In this document: positions 19,832 through 30,054 of the stretch, one piece after another
How positions within the stretch are numbered: position 1 is the first letter of the stretch
How the letters are laid out: each line of letters begins with the position of its first letter
IMG/VR virus record: IMGVR_UViG_3300044825_001821
Span: 108,440 to 172,439 of that record
Length of the DNA: 64,000 bases
Origin: a virus
Direction: 5' to 3' (one strand)
Position numbers and translations under genes: made by a program
The notes under the pieces: model-generated
The model's input: only the letters and a program-made list of their open reading frames with translations
Databases searched by the model: none
Told to the model about the DNA's origin: nothing

Positions 19832-20932
19832 ATGGCAACAAACAAACTCATGGAAGCAGCAGCAGAAATTCTTGCATCAAGCAAGTCATCTGCTCCTGGT
19901 ATGCCAATGCCTAAATTAACTCAGAATACACCTCCAGGCAATCCTGGAACACCTGAAGATTTAGGCGGTCCTACACCACAGAACAACAAACCTACTGATG
20001 ATTCTAACAAGTTATCAAGCAAAGGCAATGCTAAGAGTGCAGCAGCACCTACGACTAAGCCTTCAGCAGCATCAAGCGATGTTCAACTTGGTGACAAGAA
20101 CATGAAGTATGGTTCAGGTACAAACATGATGCCTGAAGAAACAGAAGATGAAGAAGGCGAATTGGTGCTCGATGATGAGTCAGCAATTGAAGAAATGAAA
20201 GCACAAATGAAAGAAGATGTTGCTTCATTGTTTGCCGACGATTCAAACATTTCTGAGGACTTCAAAGCAAAAGCTGCTACAATTTTTGAAGCACGTGTAT
20301 TCGACCGTGTTGCTCAAATTCAAGAACAAATGGAAGCAGAATATGCTGGTATGTTAGCCGAAGCTGTTGAAGAAATCAAAGCAGAACTAACAGAAAAGGT
20401 AGATGACTACCTGAACTACGTAGTAGAGCAGTGGATGGACGACAATGAAATCGCAATCGAAAGCGGTCTGCGTTCAGAAATCACAGAAGATTTTATTGCT
20501 GGTCTACGCAATCTGTTTGCTGAAAACTACATCAACGTTCCAGAAGATAAAGTCGAACTGGTAGATGAACTTGCATCTAAGGTCGAAGAACTGGAAGTTA
20601 AACTGAACGAAGAAATTGAAGCAAATATTCAGTATAAGAAACAACTTACTGAAGCTATTAAAGTACAACTGGTAAATGAAGTTTGCGAAGGTCTTACAGC
20701 AACTCAAGTAGAAAAAATCAAAACACTTGCAGAGAGTGTAGAGTTCTCCACAGAGGAAGAATTCGTTGAAAAACTTGAGACAATCCGTGAGAACTACTTC
20801 CCATCTGGCGTAAAGAAAGCCGATGCTGCACAACTTCATGAAGAAGTCGAAGATGACGGCACTGAAAAGAAAGTTGCCGCTGACCCATATGTCGCTTCGG
20901 TTGTACAAGCAATTTCTAAAACAAGAATTTAA
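19832..20932 (+). CDS. gp22: Prohead scaffolding protein gp22
   Basis: EDLGGPTP, KAATIFEA, VDDYLNYVVEQW; acidic coiled coil. Confidence 0.95.
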   Translation: MATNKLMEAAAEILASSKSSAPGMPMPKLTQNTPPGNPGTPEDLGGPTPQNNKPTDDSNKLSSKGNAKSAAAPTTKPSAASSDVQLGDKNMKYGSGTNMMPEETEDEEGELVLDDESAIEEMKAQMKEDVASLFADDSNISEDFKAKAATIFEARVFDRVAQIQEQMEAEYAGMLAEAVEEIKAELTEKVDDYLNYVVEQWMDDNEIAIESGLRSEITEDFIAGLRNLFAENYINVPEDKVELVDELASKVEELEVKLNEEIEANIQYKKQLTEAIKVQLVNEVCEGLTATQVEKIKTLAESVEFSTEEEFVEKLETIRENYFPSGVKKADAAQLHEEVEDDGTEKKVAADPYVASVVQAISKTRI

Positions 20933-20956
20933 ATAAAAACAAAAGGAGATACAAAG

Positions 20957-22300
20957 ATGTATTTGTCTGAAAATCTACAAAGCAAATGGGAAAGCGTTCT
21001 GGATCATCCAGATATGCCTAAGATTGCTGACCCATACCGTAAAGCGGTAACAGCAGTTATTCTTGAGAATCAAGCTCAAGAAATGATCAAAGAATCTGGT
21101 ATTCTACAAGAAACAGGTTCACCAACTAACTTTGCTGGTACAGGTGGTTTCGGTGGCGGTGCTGCTGCTGCTGGTCCTGTTGCTGGTTTCGACCCAATTC
21201 TAATCAGCTTAGTTCGTCGTTCATTACCTAATCTGATTGCGTATGACGTTTGCGGCGTTCAGCCAATGACAGGTCCTACAGGTCTGATTTTTGCGATGCG
21301 TACAAAATACTCATCACAAGGCGGTACAGAAGCATTCTACAACGAAGCTAACACAGCATTCTCTGGTGCTAACGGCGCCATCGTTGCTTCTTCAATGAGC
21401 ATTTCTGGTAACACAACAGATTATCTGTTTACAGGTAACGCTGCTCCTACTGGTGCAATGTCAACTGGTTCTGCTGAAGCACTAGGTGATGGCGCTGCTG
21501 GTAACACATTCCAAGAGATGGCATTCTCAATTGAGAAAGTTACTGTAACAGCACGTACACGTGCTCTGAAAGCAGAATACTCAATGGAACTTGCACAAGA
21601 CTTGAAAGCAGTTCATGGTCTTGACGCAGAAACAGAACTGGCTAACATTCTGTCCGCTGAAATTCTTGCTGAAATCAACCGTGAAGTTATCCGTACAATC
21701 TACAAGATTGCTAAGCCAGGTTGCCAAGCAGGTACAACAACCAAAGGTGCATTTAACCTAGACACAGATTCAAACGGTCGTTGGATGGTTGAAAAGATTA
21801 AAGGTCTGGCATTCCAGATTGAGCGTGAAGCAAACCAAATTGCTAAGACAACTCGTCGTGGTAAAGGTAACATCGTTATCTGTTCTTCAGACGTAGCATC
21901 TGCTCTTGCAATGGCTGGTATTCTTGACTACAACTCAGCACTTGCAGGTCAAGTATCACTGACAGTTGACGATACAGGTAATACATTTGCTGGTACAATC
22001 TTCGGTCGTATCAAAGTCTACATCGATCCATACTTCCCAACAGGCTCAACATCTGAGTTTGCGGTTGTAGGTTACAAGGGTACAAACGCATACGATGCTG
22101 GTATGTTCTACTGCCCATACGTTCCTCTACAAATGGTTCGTGCAGTTGACACTGGTACTTTCCAGCCAAAGATCGGCTTCAAGACTCGTTACGGTCTAGT
22201 AGCAAATCCATTTGCAGAAGGTACAGATCAAGGTCTTGGTGCTTTGACATCTCAGTCAAACAACTACTACCGTGGTTTCCGTATTGCAAACCTGATGTAA
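20957..22300 (+). CDS. gp23: Major capsid protein gp23
   Basis: GVQPMTGPTGLIFAMR, ELAQDLKAVHGLDAETEL, FQPKIGFKTRYG. Confidence 0.99.
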   Translation: MYLSENLQSKWESVLDHPDMPKIADPYRKAVTAVILENQAQEMIKESGILQETGSPTNFAGTGGFGGGAAAAGPVAGFDPILISLVRRSLPNLIAYDVCGVQPMTGPTGLIFAMRTKYSSQGGTEAFYNEANTAFSGANGAIVASSMSISGNTTDYLFTGNAAPTGAMSTGSAEALGDGAAGNTFQEMAFSIEKVTVTARTRALKAEYSMELAQDLKAVHGLDAETELANILSAEILAEINREVIRTIYKIAKPGCQAGTTTKGAFNLDTDSNGRWMVEKIKGLAFQIEREANQIAKTTRRGKGNIVICSSDVASALAMAGILDYNSALAGQVSLTVDDTGNTFAGTIFGRIKVYIDPYFPTGSTSEFAVVGYKGTNAYDAGMFYCPYVPLQMVRAVDTGTFQPKIGFKTRYGLVANPFAEGTDQGLGALTSQSNNYYRGFRIANLM

Positions 22301-22329
22301 TTAAATAACCACCGTAGAGTGGGATTTAG

Positions 22330-22357
22330 AGAGGCACCTTCGGGTGCCTCTTTTTTT
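22330..22357 (+). terminator. Intrinsic terminator after gp23 (UUCG loop)
   Basis: agaggcacc-ttcg-ggtgcctct followed by a T run. Confidence 0.95.
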
Positions 22358-22362
22358 ACGTA

Positions 22363-22370
22363 TATAAATA
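22363..22370 (+). promoter_or_regulatory. T4 late promoter TATAAATA
   Basis: Exact consensus just upstream of the gp3 ATG. Confidence 0.8.
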
Positions 22371-22375
22371 GAGAT

Positions 22376-22915
22376 ATGACAGCCTTAAATAGAAATCCAA
22401 TTAATCCAAATAGTTTACAGCCGAATAAGTTCACGCTGAACTTTTCACGTGCGCCCAATCTACAATACTTTTGTCAGACCATTTCATTACCTGGCATTTC
22501 TACTTCTGAGATTCCGGTACAAAATCCATTTGTTGAATTGTATGCACCAGGTGAAAAGGCAATTTATGATGTGCTTAACATTACCTTTATTGTTGATGCT
22601 GAGATGTTGTCATGGTTAGAAATACACGATTGGCTACGTGCTCTTACATTCCCTACCGAGTATGAAGAGTATCAAAATCTGAGTAAATTATCTCAGTTCA
22701 ATTCAGCGACTCTCTCAAAATCTCCTCAATATTCTGATGCTGCGGTAACACTTTTATCGGCATCAAATAAACCATATTATCGATTTAATTTCAAAGATTT
22801 ATTTCCAATCTCACTATCTGGTTTTGTCGTATCTTCAACCGACACACCAGACACAATTGTTACGGCAGACGCTACGTTTAGGTTTACCTATTACAACGTA
22901 GAAAAATTATTCTAA
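22376..22915 (+). CDS. gp3: Tail completion / tube terminator gp3
   Basis: YFCQTISLPGIS, WLEIHDW, FKDLFPISLS; real start is ATG 22376 (the track start lies upstream, before the terminator). Confidence 0.9.
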   Translation: MTALNRNPINPNSLQPNKFTLNFSRAPNLQYFCQTISLPGISTSEIPVQNPFVELYAPGEKAIYDVLNITFIVDAEMLSWLEIHDWLRALTFPTEYEEYQNLSKLSQFNSATLSKSPQYSDAAVTLLSASNKPYYRFNFKDLFPISLSGFVVSSTDTPDTIVTADATFRFTYYNVEKLF

Positions 22916-22927
22916 ATGTGATATACT
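22899..22927 (+). promoter_or_regulatory. Sigma70-type promoter for uvsY (TAGAAA-17-TATACT with extended TG)
   Basis: TGaTATACT at 22919-22927; -35-like TAGAAA at 17-bp spacing. Confidence 0.55.
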
Positions 22928-22945
22928 CCTAATAGGAGGTATAAT

Positions 22946-23380
22946 ATGAACAAACTTGATGAAGTATTACAGATGTGGACTGCCGATTCTAATATTGACC
23001 GCACCGAACCAGGTAAGGCACTGATCGACATTCCAAAATTACATTCCAAATATTTGAATATTCTATCGTCACATCGTATGTTAGCACGTGAAGCAGAATT
23101 TCAATACAACAAATGGCGTAAGTTAAAATGGGAATACTATACAGGTAGATTAGATGAAGATGATCTAGCAAAATATGGGTGGCAACCATTTCCTTATACT
23201 CTCAAATCAGAGATCAATACATACTTAGAATCAGATGAAGATATCAACAAATATCTTGCACGTAAAATGTTGCACGATGAAGTTGTGGAAGTTTGTCAAG
23301 CAATATTAAAAGAGTTAAACAATAGAACATGGGAACTACGTTCCTTCATTGATTGGGAAAAATTTATACAAGGTGTTTAA
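22946..23380 (+). CDS. uvsY: Recombination mediator UvsY
   Basis: IPKLHSKYL, KWEYYTG, IDWEKF; position after gp3. Confidence 0.92.
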   Translation: MNKLDEVLQMWTADSNIDRTEPGKALIDIPKLHSKYLNILSSHRMLAREAEFQYNKWRKLKWEYYTGRLDEDDLAKYGWQPFPYTLKSEINTYLESDEDINKYLARKMLHDEVVEVCQAILKELNNRTWELRSFIDWEKFIQGV

Positions 23381-23805
23381 TGAGAATCGATCCAAGTAAA
23401 GATTTAATTGAGCATCACAGTAAAGAGTATCCAATGGAAGTTGGTGCACCCGTCTTTGCTCCTGTTGCAGTCAAAGAAGAAAAAGATAGAAGTTTAAACG
23501 TTGCAAAGCTTCATGCTAAACAAGAGTATGAACGTATTATGGAACAGGTCAATGTTCTTAAAGAACAAGCCGAATCTTTAATGCGTCGATTAGATGTTAC
23601 ACACATCGTTCATTCTACTGAGTGTACTTTCAGTCCTTTGTTTACAAGAGTATACTATATCTATAATAACAAATACAAAGAAAAAAATCAAATGATGATG
23701 TTGGGTCCTCATGAGTGGAGTTCTGGTACACCAGATCATCTTGAATTTATAGTTGCTGTTCGAAAGAAAGGTGACAGCACTTGGGAAGAAGTGGTAAATG
23801 ACTGA
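23380..23805 (+). CDS. Hypothetical protein (DUF2452-like)
   Basis: YPMEVGAPVFAP, coiled coil, LGPHEW, DSTWE; TAATG overlap start. Confidence 0.55.
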   Translation: MRIDPSKDLIEHHSKEYPMEVGAPVFAPVAVKEEKDRSLNVAKLHAKQEYERIMEQVNVLKEQAESLMRRLDVTHIVHSTECTFSPLFTRVYYIYNNKYKEKNQMMMLGPHEWSSGTPDHLEFIVAVRKKGDSTWEEVVND

Positions 23806-25279
23806 CCTTGTTCTTTACAAACAAAATGAAGCCTTCATTAAGTTTGATTGTGAAAAAAGTATTGCACAAGAACTTGCTGACTACTTTACATTCTTCGTAC
23901 CAGGTTATCAGTTCATGCCTGCGTACAAGAATAAACTTTGGGACGGTAAGATAAGACTTGCTGATCTTCGATCTTACACAATCTATCATGGTCTTGTACC
24001 TTACATTGAAAAGTTTTGTGAAGAACGGGGTTATAAACTTGAAGTTGATTCACCAGTAAACAACACAGAGAGTTTCTCAGCAATAGAGGCTAATGAGTTT
24101 CTACAGCAACTTTATCTGGACAAAAGCATTATAACAGATGGCATTAGAGAATATCAATACAAAGCCTTCTTATTTGCCGTTCGAAACAGGCGAATGTTAT
24201 TGTTGTCACCCACAGGCTCAGGCAAGTCTTTAATACAATATCTTATACTAAGATACTTACAACACAAAGGTTATAAGAAAGGATTACTAATTGTTCCTAC
24301 AACTTCTCTTGTTGAGCAAATGTATGCTGATTTTGTATCATATGGCTACGATGCCGCAAACAATGCCCATCGACAGTATTCGGGAAAAGACAAGCATACA
24401 AATAAATTTCTAACCATTACCACGTGGCAATCTATCTACAAAAATCCACCAGAATACTTTGAGCAGTTTGATTTTGTTTTAGGTGATGAAGCACATCAGT
24501 TCAAAGCAAAGTCATTGACTACCATCATGACTGGTCTGAAGAATGCAAAGTATAGAATAGGTTGCACAGGTACAATTGATGGTACACAAACACATAAGCT
24601 GGTATTGGAAGGTTTGTTTGGACCGTTATATCAATCTACTACCACAGCCAAGCTGATTGAAAACAAACAACTGGCAGACTTTCGTATCAAGTGTTTGGTA
24701 TTGAAATATTCAGAAGAAGTATGTAAACTATCTAGAGGCTGGGACTATCAAACCGAGATAGACTACATAGTCAGTAGTAAAGCAAGAAATGAATTCATTC
24801 GTAATCTGGCGTTGTCATTAGAGGGCAACTCACTTATATTATTTAATTTGGTAGAAAAACATGGTAAACATCTCCACAAACTCATTGAAGAAAAGGCTGG
24901 TAATAGGCATGTTTTTTTTGTGTATGGTGGAACAGATGTTGAAGTCCGTGAACAAGTTCGTGAGATAACAGAGAAGCAAAATGATGCGATTATTGTTGCT
25001 TCTTATGGTACATTCAGCACTGGTATTAACATTCGTAATCTCCACAATGTTGTCTTTGCATCACCATCTAAGTCTAGGGTACGTAATCTACAATCAATCG
25101 GTAGAGGTTTGCGAATTGGTGATAACAAAACCGAAGCAGTTCTTTATGACATAGCAGATGATTTCCGTATAGGTAAACATGTCAACTATACGTTGCAACA
25201 CTTGCAAGAACGTGTTAAAATATACGATGACGAAAAGTTTAAATACAAATTCTACAATATAGAGGTCAAGAATGCATAA
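23798..25279 (+). CDS. uvsW: SF2 DNA helicase UvsW
   Basis: SPTGSGKS, DEAH, QSIGRGLR. Confidence 0.97.
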   Translation: MTDLVLYKQNEAFIKFDCEKSIAQELADYFTFFVPGYQFMPAYKNKLWDGKIRLADLRSYTIYHGLVPYIEKFCEERGYKLEVDSPVNNTESFSAIEANEFLQQLYLDKSIITDGIREYQYKAFLFAVRNRRMLLLSPTGSGKSLIQYLILRYLQHKGYKKGLLIVPTTSLVEQMYADFVSYGYDAANNAHRQYSGKDKHTNKFLTITTWQSIYKNPPEYFEQFDFVLGDEAHQFKAKSLTTIMTGLKNAKYRIGCTGTIDGTQTHKLVLEGLFGPLYQSTTTAKLIENKQLADFRIKCLVLKYSEEVCKLSRGWDYQTEIDYIVSSKARNEFIRNLALSLEGNSLILFNLVEKHGKHLHKLIEEKAGNRHVFFVYGGTDVEVREQVREITEKQNDAIIVASYGTFSTGINIRNLHNVVFASPSKSRVRNLQSIGRGLRIGDNKTEAVLYDIADDFRIGKHVNYTLQHLQERVKIYDDEKFKYKFYNIEVKNA

Positions 25280-25682
25280 CGTAAAACTTATAAGAATGCA
25301 GACTGGTGAAGATATTATGGCTTCTATGTTTGAGCAGGAAGATTCAGAACAGATACAACTCAATGATCCGATGCGTTTAGTGTTTCGTCGTATGCCCACA
25401 GGCCAAACTGTTATGATGATGATGCCATGGCTGCCAGTTGAATTGATCAAAGAAAACTCTGCCCTAATATATTCTTCCGATATCGTCACAGTTATTGAAC
25501 CAAAAGAAGCAATGATAAGATACTATGATAAACTTGTTGAGCGTACATTAGAAGAGATGGCAGACTCAGATAAAATACTTGACAGTTTATTAGACGAGCA
25601 AGAAGAGGAAGAAGAAGTAAACGAATTGCCTGAGCAGCTAATAGAATTTTTAAAAGACACCAACACTAAAAAATTACACTGA
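25272..25682 (+). CDS. Conserved T4-like hypothetical (Sm-like fold) downstream of uvsW
   Basis: VKLIRMQTGEDIMA...MMPW pattern; typical syntenic position. Confidence 0.55.
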   Translation: MHNVKLIRMQTGEDIMASMFEQEDSEQIQLNDPMRLVFRRMPTGQTVMMMMPWLPVELIKENSALIYSSDIVTVIEPKEAMIRYYDKLVERTLEEMADSDKILDSLLDEQEEEEEVNELPEQLIEFLKDTNTKKLH

Positions 25683-26470
25683 TGAATCTTTTTTTATATC
25701 AAGCGTATTACGAAAAAGCACAAATGAAACACTTGGATTCAGTTTGTGTTCCTTACGACAATACAGCAAATTTAACACCAGAACTAAGAGAATATCCTTT
25801 TGTAAAAAATCTATATGAGATTCATGCAAAGAATGAAGATGATCATTGGGGTTTACTCTCATGGAGATGGTACGATAAAACTAAACTTGAAATGAAGGAA
25901 TTTAAAGAATGGATACTAGCCAATCCAGGCTATGATGTATATCATCTTGATCCATTCTTAGATGTTGCTTCAACTCATATGAATCTATGGGTTCAAGGTG
26001 ACATATGGCATCCTGGAATGATAGATTTTGGTAACAAATTGCTACCTAAAATGGGTTTGAATTTTGATCTGAGAGAACTACTGTATCATCCTGATGATTT
26101 TGCTACATGCAACTATCATGTAGGAAACAAAAAGTTTTGGAAAAGCTACATCAGTTTTATAGATCATTGTTTAAATTTGATTGAGAATGATGAAGAACTC
26201 AAAGAATTTATGTATGAAAAGAAAAGATTATACAATGGCGCTATGCTTCCAAATTTTAGTTTTGTAATAGAGAGGTTGTTTAGTATACACAGTATTTGCA
26301 ATAGACATATAAAGATTAAAAAATTTCCATTTGAAAACGAAAGTTACGAACGATTATTTGGTAGCAACTACTCTTTATATCTTGATTTGTATAACCAAAG
26401 AAAAGAACATTATGAAATGATGTTGAAAAATCATGAGGAAAATTATGATACGAGAGTTGAATTGGTATGA
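25682..26470 (+). CDS. Hypothetical protein, possibly glycosyltransferase-like
   Basis: Aromatic-rich; WGLLSWR, CNY, FVIERLF; heads a sugar cassette. Confidence 0.4.
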   Translation: MNLFLYQAYYEKAQMKHLDSVCVPYDNTANLTPELREYPFVKNLYEIHAKNEDDHWGLLSWRWYDKTKLEMKEFKEWILANPGYDVYHLDPFLDVASTHMNLWVQGDIWHPGMIDFGNKLLPKMGLNFDLRELLYHPDDFATCNYHVGNKKFWKSYISFIDHCLNLIENDEELKEFMYEKKRLYNGAMLPNFSFVIERLFSIHSICNRHIKIKKFPFENESYERLFGSNYSLYLDLYNQRKEHYEMMLKNHEENYDTRVELV

Positions 26471-27236
26471 AATAAAAGAAAGTTTTCAATCATCAATACC
26501 TTTTAATCATGTTGTGATTGACAATTTTTTTATACCTGAAGTAGCAGATAAAATTTCTGAAGAGTTTCCAGACTTCTACGACTCTTCGTTGAACGATCAC
26601 CACAGCCCATTGGAAATTAAAAAAACAATGAATCGTTGGGATCGTTTTCCACCAACAACATATAGAGCATTTAGTTTTTTAAATTCACGTAATTTTGTGG
26701 AGAGACTATCTCATCTAGTTGATAGAGATGACTTAGTTTCTGACCCAGGCCTTAATGGCGGTGGTTGGCACATGCATACACGTGGTGGCAATAATAACAT
26801 ACACTTAGACTATAATGTTCATCCCAAACTAAATCTTCAACGCAAACTTAATATTATTGTTTATCTTACCAAAGATTGGCAGTCAGCATGGAAAGGTGGA
26901 CTAGAACTTTGGTCACACGATGAAGTACAAAAGGAACCTCTACAAAAAGTTCACACAATAGAAAACAAATTCAATAGGGCAATTGTTTTTGATACAACAC
27001 AAAACTCTTGGCATGGGCTTCCAAATAGTATAGAATGTCCATTAGGAGTTGTTCGCAAGTCTATAGCTGCCTATTATCTTTGTGCTGCCCCTGCTATAAC
27101 TGAAGAGCGTGGTCGTGCATTGTTTGCTCCTAGAGAAGAACAAAAAAATGATGAGTCGATAAAAGAACTTATCAAGAAAAGAGCATCCGTGTCACAATCA
27201 GCATCAGTGTACAATACAAAACATTCAGAGAAATAA
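26445..27236 (+). CDS. 2OG-Fe(II) oxygenase
   Basis: PFNHVVIDNF, GGGWH, HLD...H (SWHG), RKSIA; alternative start 26433. Confidence 0.88.
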   Translation: MIRELNWYEIKESFQSSIPFNHVVIDNFFIPEVADKISEEFPDFYDSSLNDHHSPLEIKKTMNRWDRFPPTTYRAFSFLNSRNFVERLSHLVDRDDLVSDPGLNGGGWHMHTRGGNNNIHLDYNVHPKLNLQRKLNIIVYLTKDWQSAWKGGLELWSHDEVQKEPLQKVHTIENKFNRAIVFDTTQNSWHGLPNSIECPLGVVRKSIAAYYLCAAPAITEERGRALFAPREEQKNDESIKELIKKRASVSQSASVYNTKHSEK

Positions 27237-27250
27237 TTGAAAGGTATATA

Positions 27251-28300
27251 ATGTCAAAGCGTGTTCTTATTACAGGTGGTGCTGGTTTTATCGGCCATCA
27301 TATCATTGATTTGTTTTTACAAAAAACAGATTGGACAATCGTATCACTTGATCGATTAGATTATTCTGGTAATTTAAATCGTTTACATGATGTAGTTCAT
27401 AGATACCCACCTGATGTTCGTAAAAGAGTTAAGATTGTCTGGCACGATTTAAAGTCTGAGATACAAGACCTTACACAAAATCTTATTGGTGATGTCAATA
27501 TCATTCTTCATTTGGCTGCATCATCACATGTTGATAGATCAATTACTTACCCTATGGAATTTTTGATGGACAACACTGTAGGCACAGTGAATGTTTTAAA
27601 TTTCGCACGTAAGCTAAAGAATCTTGAAAGAATGATTTACTTTTCAACTGATGAGATTTTTGGCATTGCACCTAATGGTGTTGCATATGCAGAACGTGAT
27701 CGTTACAACTCAACCAATCCTTATTCTGCATCCAAAGCTGCTGCCGAAGAATTTTGTGTAGCATATGAAAACACATACAAGCTACCTATTTTTATTACAC
27801 ATACAATGAATGTGTTTGGTGAACGTCAACATCCAGAGAAGTTTGTACCCATGAGCATTCGTAAAGTTCGTGATGGACAAACTATCTACATTCATTCCGA
27901 TCCTTCTAAAACTGTGCCAGGCTCACGATTCTATATTCACGCCAAAGATGTTGCAGAAGCAATGTACTTCTTGTTACATTTGAATGAAGAACAAAACAAA
28001 ATAATTTACACACCAGACTATGGTGGTGCTAAATGTCCTAAGTTTAATGTTGTAGGTAGAGAAGAAGTTGACAATCTTCAATTAGTCAAACTTGTTGCTG
28101 AAGCACAAAACAAAGAATTGAAATATGAGATGGTTGACTTTCACACTTCAAGACCTGGTCATGATTTGCGTTATGCATTATCAGGAGACTTTATGCGTCA
28201 GTTAGGATGGGAGCCACAACACTCATTCAAGGATCGTATTAAAGAAGTTGTTGATTGGTCAATAGCAAACCCAGAATGGATTGAGTTGAGTGGAGAATAA
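27251..28300 (+). CDS. NDP-glucose 4,6-dehydratase (RmlB-like extended SDR)
   Basis: TGGAGFIG, HLAASSHVDRSI, STDE, YSASK, RPGHDLRY. Confidence 0.92.
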   Translation: MSKRVLITGGAGFIGHHIIDLFLQKTDWTIVSLDRLDYSGNLNRLHDVVHRYPPDVRKRVKIVWHDLKSEIQDLTQNLIGDVNIILHLAASSHVDRSITYPMEFLMDNTVGTVNVLNFARKLKNLERMIYFSTDEIFGIAPNGVAYAERDRYNSTNPYSASKAAAEEFCVAYENTYKLPIFITHTMNVFGERQHPEKFVPMSIRKVRDGQTIYIHSDPSKTVPGSRFYIHAKDVAEAMYFLLHLNEEQNKIIYTPDYGGAKCPKFNVVGREEVDNLQLVKLVAEAQNKELKYEMVDFHTSRPGHDLRYALSGDFMRQLGWEPQHSFKDRIKEVVDWSIANPEWIELSGE

Positions 28301-28301
28301 T

Positions 28302-29513
28302 ATGTCGAATGTAACCAAAGTAGATAGATGTATTGCATGTGATTATGATACTCTATCGCATACTTTAGATTTAGGTAATCAACCATTAGCAAACTCTTTT
28401 ACACCAACGAAAGAAAAACAAGAAGAATATCCTTTAGCAATCAATCGTTGTTTGAATTGTAATCATCTTCAACTAACACATATTGTCGATCCAGAATTAA
28501 TTTATAAGAACTATGCGTATGTGAGCGGTACTACAAAAACATACGTTGATTACATGGATTGGTTTGCAAAATGGGTAAGAGAATATTCTGGTCACTACTA
28601 TGGTCACGTTCTTGATATCGGTTGCAATGATGGAACTCAACTAGATGCTTTTGCCCGTATAGGATTCAGAACATATGGTGTTGATCCTGCCGAGAACTTA
28701 CATCAAATAAGCACATCAAAAGGACATAAAGTTGTTTGTGGTTTCTGGAATAAACAAACAATTCAAGAGTTACATACTGGTGCTACACGGTTTGATGTAG
28801 CAGTTTCACAAAATGCATTTGCTCATATACCAGACCCACACACATATTTGAAGTTGCTACGACCATTGATTGCTGATGATGGTTTGTTTTTCATTCAGAC
28901 AAGTCAAGCTGACATGGTATTAAATGGAGAGTTTGATACAATTTATCATGAGCATATCAGTTTCTATAACATCAACTCAATGAGAGAATTGGCCACACGT
29001 TCTGGATGGAATCTTGTTGATGTTGTTAAAACACCTATACATGGTACAAGTTATGTTTTTATTTTGAGTCCAAATAAATCAAAACCACAAAACATAAAGA
29101 ATCTGATTGAGATGGAATCTAAACTACAGAAACCTATAACTTATACACTGTGGGCTTTTGGTGTTGAACAGATTAAAAATGAATTTAAAAAAGTTTGTGC
29201 AGAGTATAGAGAAAAAGGATATAGACTTGTTGGTTATGGTGCAGCCGCTAAAGGTATGACTCTTCTGAATTACGTAAAAGAAGAACTAGATTTTATTATT
29301 GATGATAATCCTTTGAAGCAGTATCATTACACACCTGGACTTAATATACCAATTACTTCTGTAGTCGAACTTGATGATGTAGAAGAACCTATTTGCTTCA
29401 TTCCTTTGGCATGGAATTTCTTTGATGAGATAGTTAAAAGAATTAGAGATCGTAGAGTAGATTCTAGGGATAAGTATGTAAGATACTTTCCTAAAGTTGG
29501 AGTACAAGAATAA
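28302..29513 (+). CDS. NDP-hexose C3-methyltransferase (zinc-binding, TcaB9/EryBIII type)
   Basis: CIAC...CLNC zinc site, DIGCNDG SAM motif, FDTIYHEH, YGAAAKG, LAWNF. Confidence 0.9.
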   Translation: MSNVTKVDRCIACDYDTLSHTLDLGNQPLANSFTPTKEKQEEYPLAINRCLNCNHLQLTHIVDPELIYKNYAYVSGTTKTYVDYMDWFAKWVREYSGHYYGHVLDIGCNDGTQLDAFARIGFRTYGVDPAENLHQISTSKGHKVVCGFWNKQTIQELHTGATRFDVAVSQNAFAHIPDPHTYLKLLRPLIADDGLFFIQTSQADMVLNGEFDTIYHEHISFYNINSMRELATRSGWNLVDVVKTPIHGTSYVFILSPNKSKPQNIKNLIEMESKLQKPITYTLWAFGVEQIKNEFKKVCAEYREKGYRLVGYGAAAKGMTLLNYVKEELDFIIDDNPLKQYHYTPGLNIPITSVVELDDVEEPICFIPLAWNFFDEIVKRIRDRRVDSRDKYVRYFPKVGVQE

Positions 29514-29514
29514 A

Positions 29515-30054
29515 ATGACAACCAATAATCACTACGTAAACAACGCAGACTTTCTGGCAGCACTAATTAAGTATAGAACAGATTGTGAAGATGCGAAAAA
29601 AAATAATACTTCAGAGCCAAAAGTTCCAGATTATATTGGTGAGTGTTTTCTAAAGATTGCAGAACATCTATCACGTAAACCAAACTTTATTTCTTACACA
29701 TATCGTGATGAAATGATATCTGATGGTGTAGAAAACTGTCTGATGTATTTTCGTAATTTTGATCCAGCTAAGTCTAAGAATCCATTTGCTTACTTCACAC
29801 AGATAATTTACTATGCATTTCTGCGTAGAATTATGCGTGAGAAGAAACAATTGTATGTGAAGTACAAAGCCACACAACAGTTCGGTTTGCTTGATGAAGG
29901 TGAAATGTACGAGGATGAGAATGGTAACATGAAACAGTTTGAGTTGTACGACAACATCTCAGAGTTTATTCATAACTTCGAAGAAAACAAAAAGAAAAAG
30001 AAAGCTAAAAAAATTGTTGGTCTTGATAATTTTCTTGATGGTGAGGCTGAATAA
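29515..30054 (+). CDS. gp55: Late-transcription sigma factor gp55
   Basis: HYVNN, YIGECFLKIA, NPFAYFTQIIYYAFLRRI. Confidence 0.97.
   Translation: MTTNNHYVNNADFLAALIKYRTDCEDAKKNNTSEPKVPDYIGECFLKIAEHLSRKPNFISYTYRDEMISDGVENCLMYFRNFDPAKSKNPFAYFTQIIYYAFLRRIMREKKQLYVKYKATQQFGLLDEGEMYEDENGNMKQFELYDNISEFIHNFEENKKKKKAKKIVGLDNFLDGEAE

Noticed and set aside
22319-22375. N-terminal extension of gp3 given by the ORF track
   Set aside because: It runs through the gp23 terminator and late promoter; ATG 22376 is the plausible start.
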